Below are positions 60,963 through 64,000 of a stretch of DNA of 64,000 bases, one piece after another. The DNA comes from Camelus dromedarius (lineage: Eukaryota), in assembly GCF_036321535.1 (NCBI RefSeq), contig NC_087436.1:78742001-78806000 (forward strand), read 5' to 3'. The stretch's first letter is position 1. Each line of letters opens with the position of its first letter. The translations under genes were made by a program, and so were the position numbers. The notes beneath the pieces were generated by a model. The model had not been told where the DNA came from and did not search any database. It worked only from the letters and a program-made list of their open reading frames with translations.

Positions 60963-63396
60963 CGTCCAGCAGTACTCCGAAAGGCATGGGGTGGGGAGGT
61001 TGTCACACAACCACAAGTAACAGAGCAGAGCTGGCGAAGCAGGGCACCACTAGCCCCTTGGATTCAAGGACAGAGAGACAGGACGGCGACTGTCAGCTGA
61101 AGGATGCAGCCAGACTGCAGCCACCCCGCAGGGAGGGACCTGGGGAACTGACACGTGGGCCTCACTCGCCTCCTTCCTTCCTCTGACGCTCCCCGTTCTC
61201 CATTCCCAGCCAGCTCTCTGAAACAATGCATGCCTGTCAGCCTCCCTAAGCAGGGAGCCAACAAGTGCATCTGGCATACTAAGGGAGCTACAGAGGGGAA
61301 ACAGTCTCTCAGGGAGAGATCATCCAGCCTCAGAGAAGGCAAGTCCGGGAAAGATGTTGCCTTGCTGTGCTTCTCCCCAGCTGTGTGCATCTGCCGGGCA
61401 CTGGCCAGCTTCTAGACCGTCGGTCTCTGGCCTCTTAGCAGTTCCCCTTGCCAGAGTAAGGGCCTCAGTGACGCATGACATCGAGTAAAATGACACAGAC
61501 AAAGACGGGGAGAGAAAAGGAGGAGGAGGACCAGGAGGGGAAGAAGGATGGTGATAGTGATGAGGAGGAAGAGAGATTAAGAGTACTCACTCGCGCATAC
61601 CACACGTGGGCACACACACCCTGTGCTGCTTTCCTAGGTCTTACATCTGAGTGTGAGGCATCAAGGGAACCAGAATCTGAAATCAGTGACACTCCCTAGA
61701 CTCCTTATAAACCTGTCTGTGCAGCCCACATCCTCCAGATCGGCCCAGCCGTCTTGTCTTGGTGCTCTGCAGAGTGGCCAGTGGCCATTTGTGCACTTGG
61801 CCCCTTATCGCTTCCTACAGAGGCCTCCTTGCTGTTATCAGCTCACCCTCTCCAGCTGCCTGTAGGCATTTCTCTTGTGATGTTATTTCACAGACACTCA
61901 CAGCCACAGGAAACATTAGTTCAGCTTCCGAGGAGTGGACAATGATAGGCAAATGACTTTTGGCAGCGAGCAGTTAAGATAATTTTTTATTGATACAAAC
62001 AGACTTCAGCCAATGGTATTCAAAACAGCCCTGCTGGAGCCAAACCCAGAGCTGACAGATGGTTTCTCTCCTAATCTAGTTTGATTGAGTGAGACATTTG
62101 ATTTGAGCTTCTATTAAAGGCAAAAAATGTATTTAATAGTTTGATGATGCCTGGCCTATTTTCAGTGAAAGCATGTAAGTCTTTCTGTCTATAACACTGA
62201 CCTCTTGCTACTACCAGCCCTCATTTAATACGTCCAGGGTCAAATCCTTGAGGGAAGGCTCAGGACTTACTAAGTCACTTATTTTTCTACCACATTGAGA
62301 AAAGCAGTTGTGAAAAATGTCCAAATGATGTGCTCGTATTTGGGCGATGGGATGGGAGATGGGGAAGGTTTGATTTCTTCCTTTCCGCATGAATTTGTTT
62401 TCTTCTTAAGAGTCAGAAATGATACCCATCTATCTCCCAGGTATGCTCAGTCTTGTGTTTCCCCCTTCGTGGTGGCTAAATAAACTCCTGCTGATTATTA
62501 GAAAGAAAGGCAAAACATTTTCTAGTGCTGTTTTCTGTTGGGAGGTTGATGGGGTGTTAGTTTGGGAAGGCAGCCTTCTGGGTGAAGTCATTGCCTCATA
62601 CCTGGGGAGAATGATTATAGTGTGAAATTGCAGAGAGACTTAATCACCCCTCTGAGGGCCATGTATCTCCAAACATTGTCACCTTCTGAGGGACTAGGGG
62701 TTAGGATTTCAATGTGTAAATTTGAGTGGACAAAATTCAGCCCACAAAACAGTCTTTGCCTGTTTCACTTCTTAGCGTAATCTTATCCCTGGGGCTTAGT
62801 GGGTGACATCTTAGAGGGGAGGTACACTTTCTAACACTGACACTCTCGAGTGGCTCTGTGATTAGACAGTCCTCACAGATGTGAGTGTATCTTGCATGCC
62901 CCCATCATATGTGCTTCAAATAAGTTTTCCAAGTTCAGGCAAGTCTTCAAGACCTGCTTATGAAAGGAAACCTGTACTCAATACTTCTGTAAAATTAAGA
63001 ATTGTTTTCTAATTTATTTACTTTTGTAAGTTTGTATCTCTGGGTCCTACCTGTATTCACAAAGAGTGACAGCTCAACAAAAAAAATGTTGAGGTCCTGT
63101 TACACGGTAAGCTCTCTGGGGGTAGCTTAGGGTACAACTGTACACAATGCAGACTTCGACCTGCCTGCCAGGGGTTTCACATTTAACAGGGCAAAGGAAG
63201 GAATGACTTCCAAACTTAAGACACAGCAATGCTAAATAGTTTCTTTCTGCATTGCAGTGAGTGCTTTGCATCCAACCATCCATCCATCCAGTAACATTTA
63301 TTGAGCACCTCCCACCTCAGGCCCTGTTCTGTGGGCTGGGGAAACACAGGTAATTAAGACTGGCCTGGGCTGCATGGCTCTTACATGGGGATTGTT

Positions 63397-63645
63397 GGGT
63401 GGGAGGGGATAAATTGGGAATTCGAGATTTGCCGAAACTAACTACTATTACAAAACAGATAAACAAGGCCATACTGTATAGCACAGGGAACCATAATCAG
63501 CGTCTTACAGTAACTTATAATGAAAAAGAACATGAAAAGGAATATATGTGTGTGTATATATACAATATACGTATGACTGAAACATTATGCGGTACACCTG
63601 AAATTGACACAACATTGTAAACTGACTGTGCTTCAGTTAAAAAAT
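63397..63645 (+). mobile_element. 5'-truncated young L1 3' end
   Basis: gggagggataaattggga...actgtatagcacagggaac...gactgaaacattatgc...aaattgacacaacattgtaaactgact. Confidence 0.9.
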
Positions 63646-63664
63646 AGAAATGATGGGAAATAAG

Positions 63665-64000
63665 TGTTACAGCAACATGAATCCTGTCGAGAGACCAAGC
63701 GACACTCGGAGAGTTGGAGAACTCAGGTTTATTAAGCCGGTGGGCCCAGTGGAATTAACACTCCAAGCTTTGGACCCCGTCTGTAGGTTTACACAGGTGC
63801 TTATAGGGTTTTAAATTTGCACCATATGCAAATGAGGTGTTAGAAATGGACCAGTCAGGAGTGAGCTTTTGGGAACCAATAGAATTTTAGGGGTAAGTTT
63901 CGTTTTCCTAGAAGCAAGCCGCTTTATAGAAGCACAAAAGCGGGAAGACAGTGGCCCTGCCTGGGAGGTCCTGCTGGTCCCTTTGTGGGTTTTGCCCCTT
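63665..64000 (-). mobile_element. Young ERV1-type LTR, cut by window edge
   Basis: Starts TGTTACAG; tttatt (minus-strand AATAAA) at ~63728; TATA-like cttatag at ~63800; retains CpGs; octamer ATGCAAAT at ~63826. Confidence 0.7.

Noticed and set aside
61475..61699. Acidic ORF (EKEEEDQEGKKDGDSDEEEE) as a processed pseudogene
   Set aside because: Purine-rich low-complexity tract with no poly(A)/TSD and no recognisable parent gene.
1..64000. CRISPR arrays, prokaryotic systems, rRNA, NUMT
   Set aside because: No repeat-spacer periodicity, operon-like ORF packing or mitochondrial/rRNA similarity seen; the sequence is mammalian nuclear DNA.

Overview
Mammalian genomic DNA, most likely camelid (three copies of a tRNA-derived SINE of the Vic-1 type, plus artiodactyl-type L1 3' ends). 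It is repeat-rich and contains no recognisable conserved protein-coding gene. Main contents: (1) A minus-strand endogenous retrovirus at ~1217-6584 with a CpG-rich LTR/leader, a near-perfect tRNA-Ser(GCU) primer binding site, decayed class III (ERV-L/ERV-S-like) pro/RT/RNase H, no visible integrase, and a gamma-type env TM remnant. (2) A strong CpG island (~24290-25300) that appears to drive an unidentified minus-strand spliced transcript (candidate exons 24976-~25075, 24028-24081, 22893-22993, 22275-~22500, terminal exon starting 19531). It has only short ORFs, a notable RNA hairpin, and a miR-1/206-like 22-mer, so it is a lncRNA or microprotein candidate. (3) A tailless retroposed tRNA-Leu(CAA) 5' half with a ~19-bp target-site duplication. 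(4) Many old LTR, L1, L2, MIR and hAT fragments, including a ~105-bp duplication that preserves the empty site of a MaLR insertion. Repeat subfamily names are from recalled consensus sequences and need Dfam/RepeatMasker confirmation.
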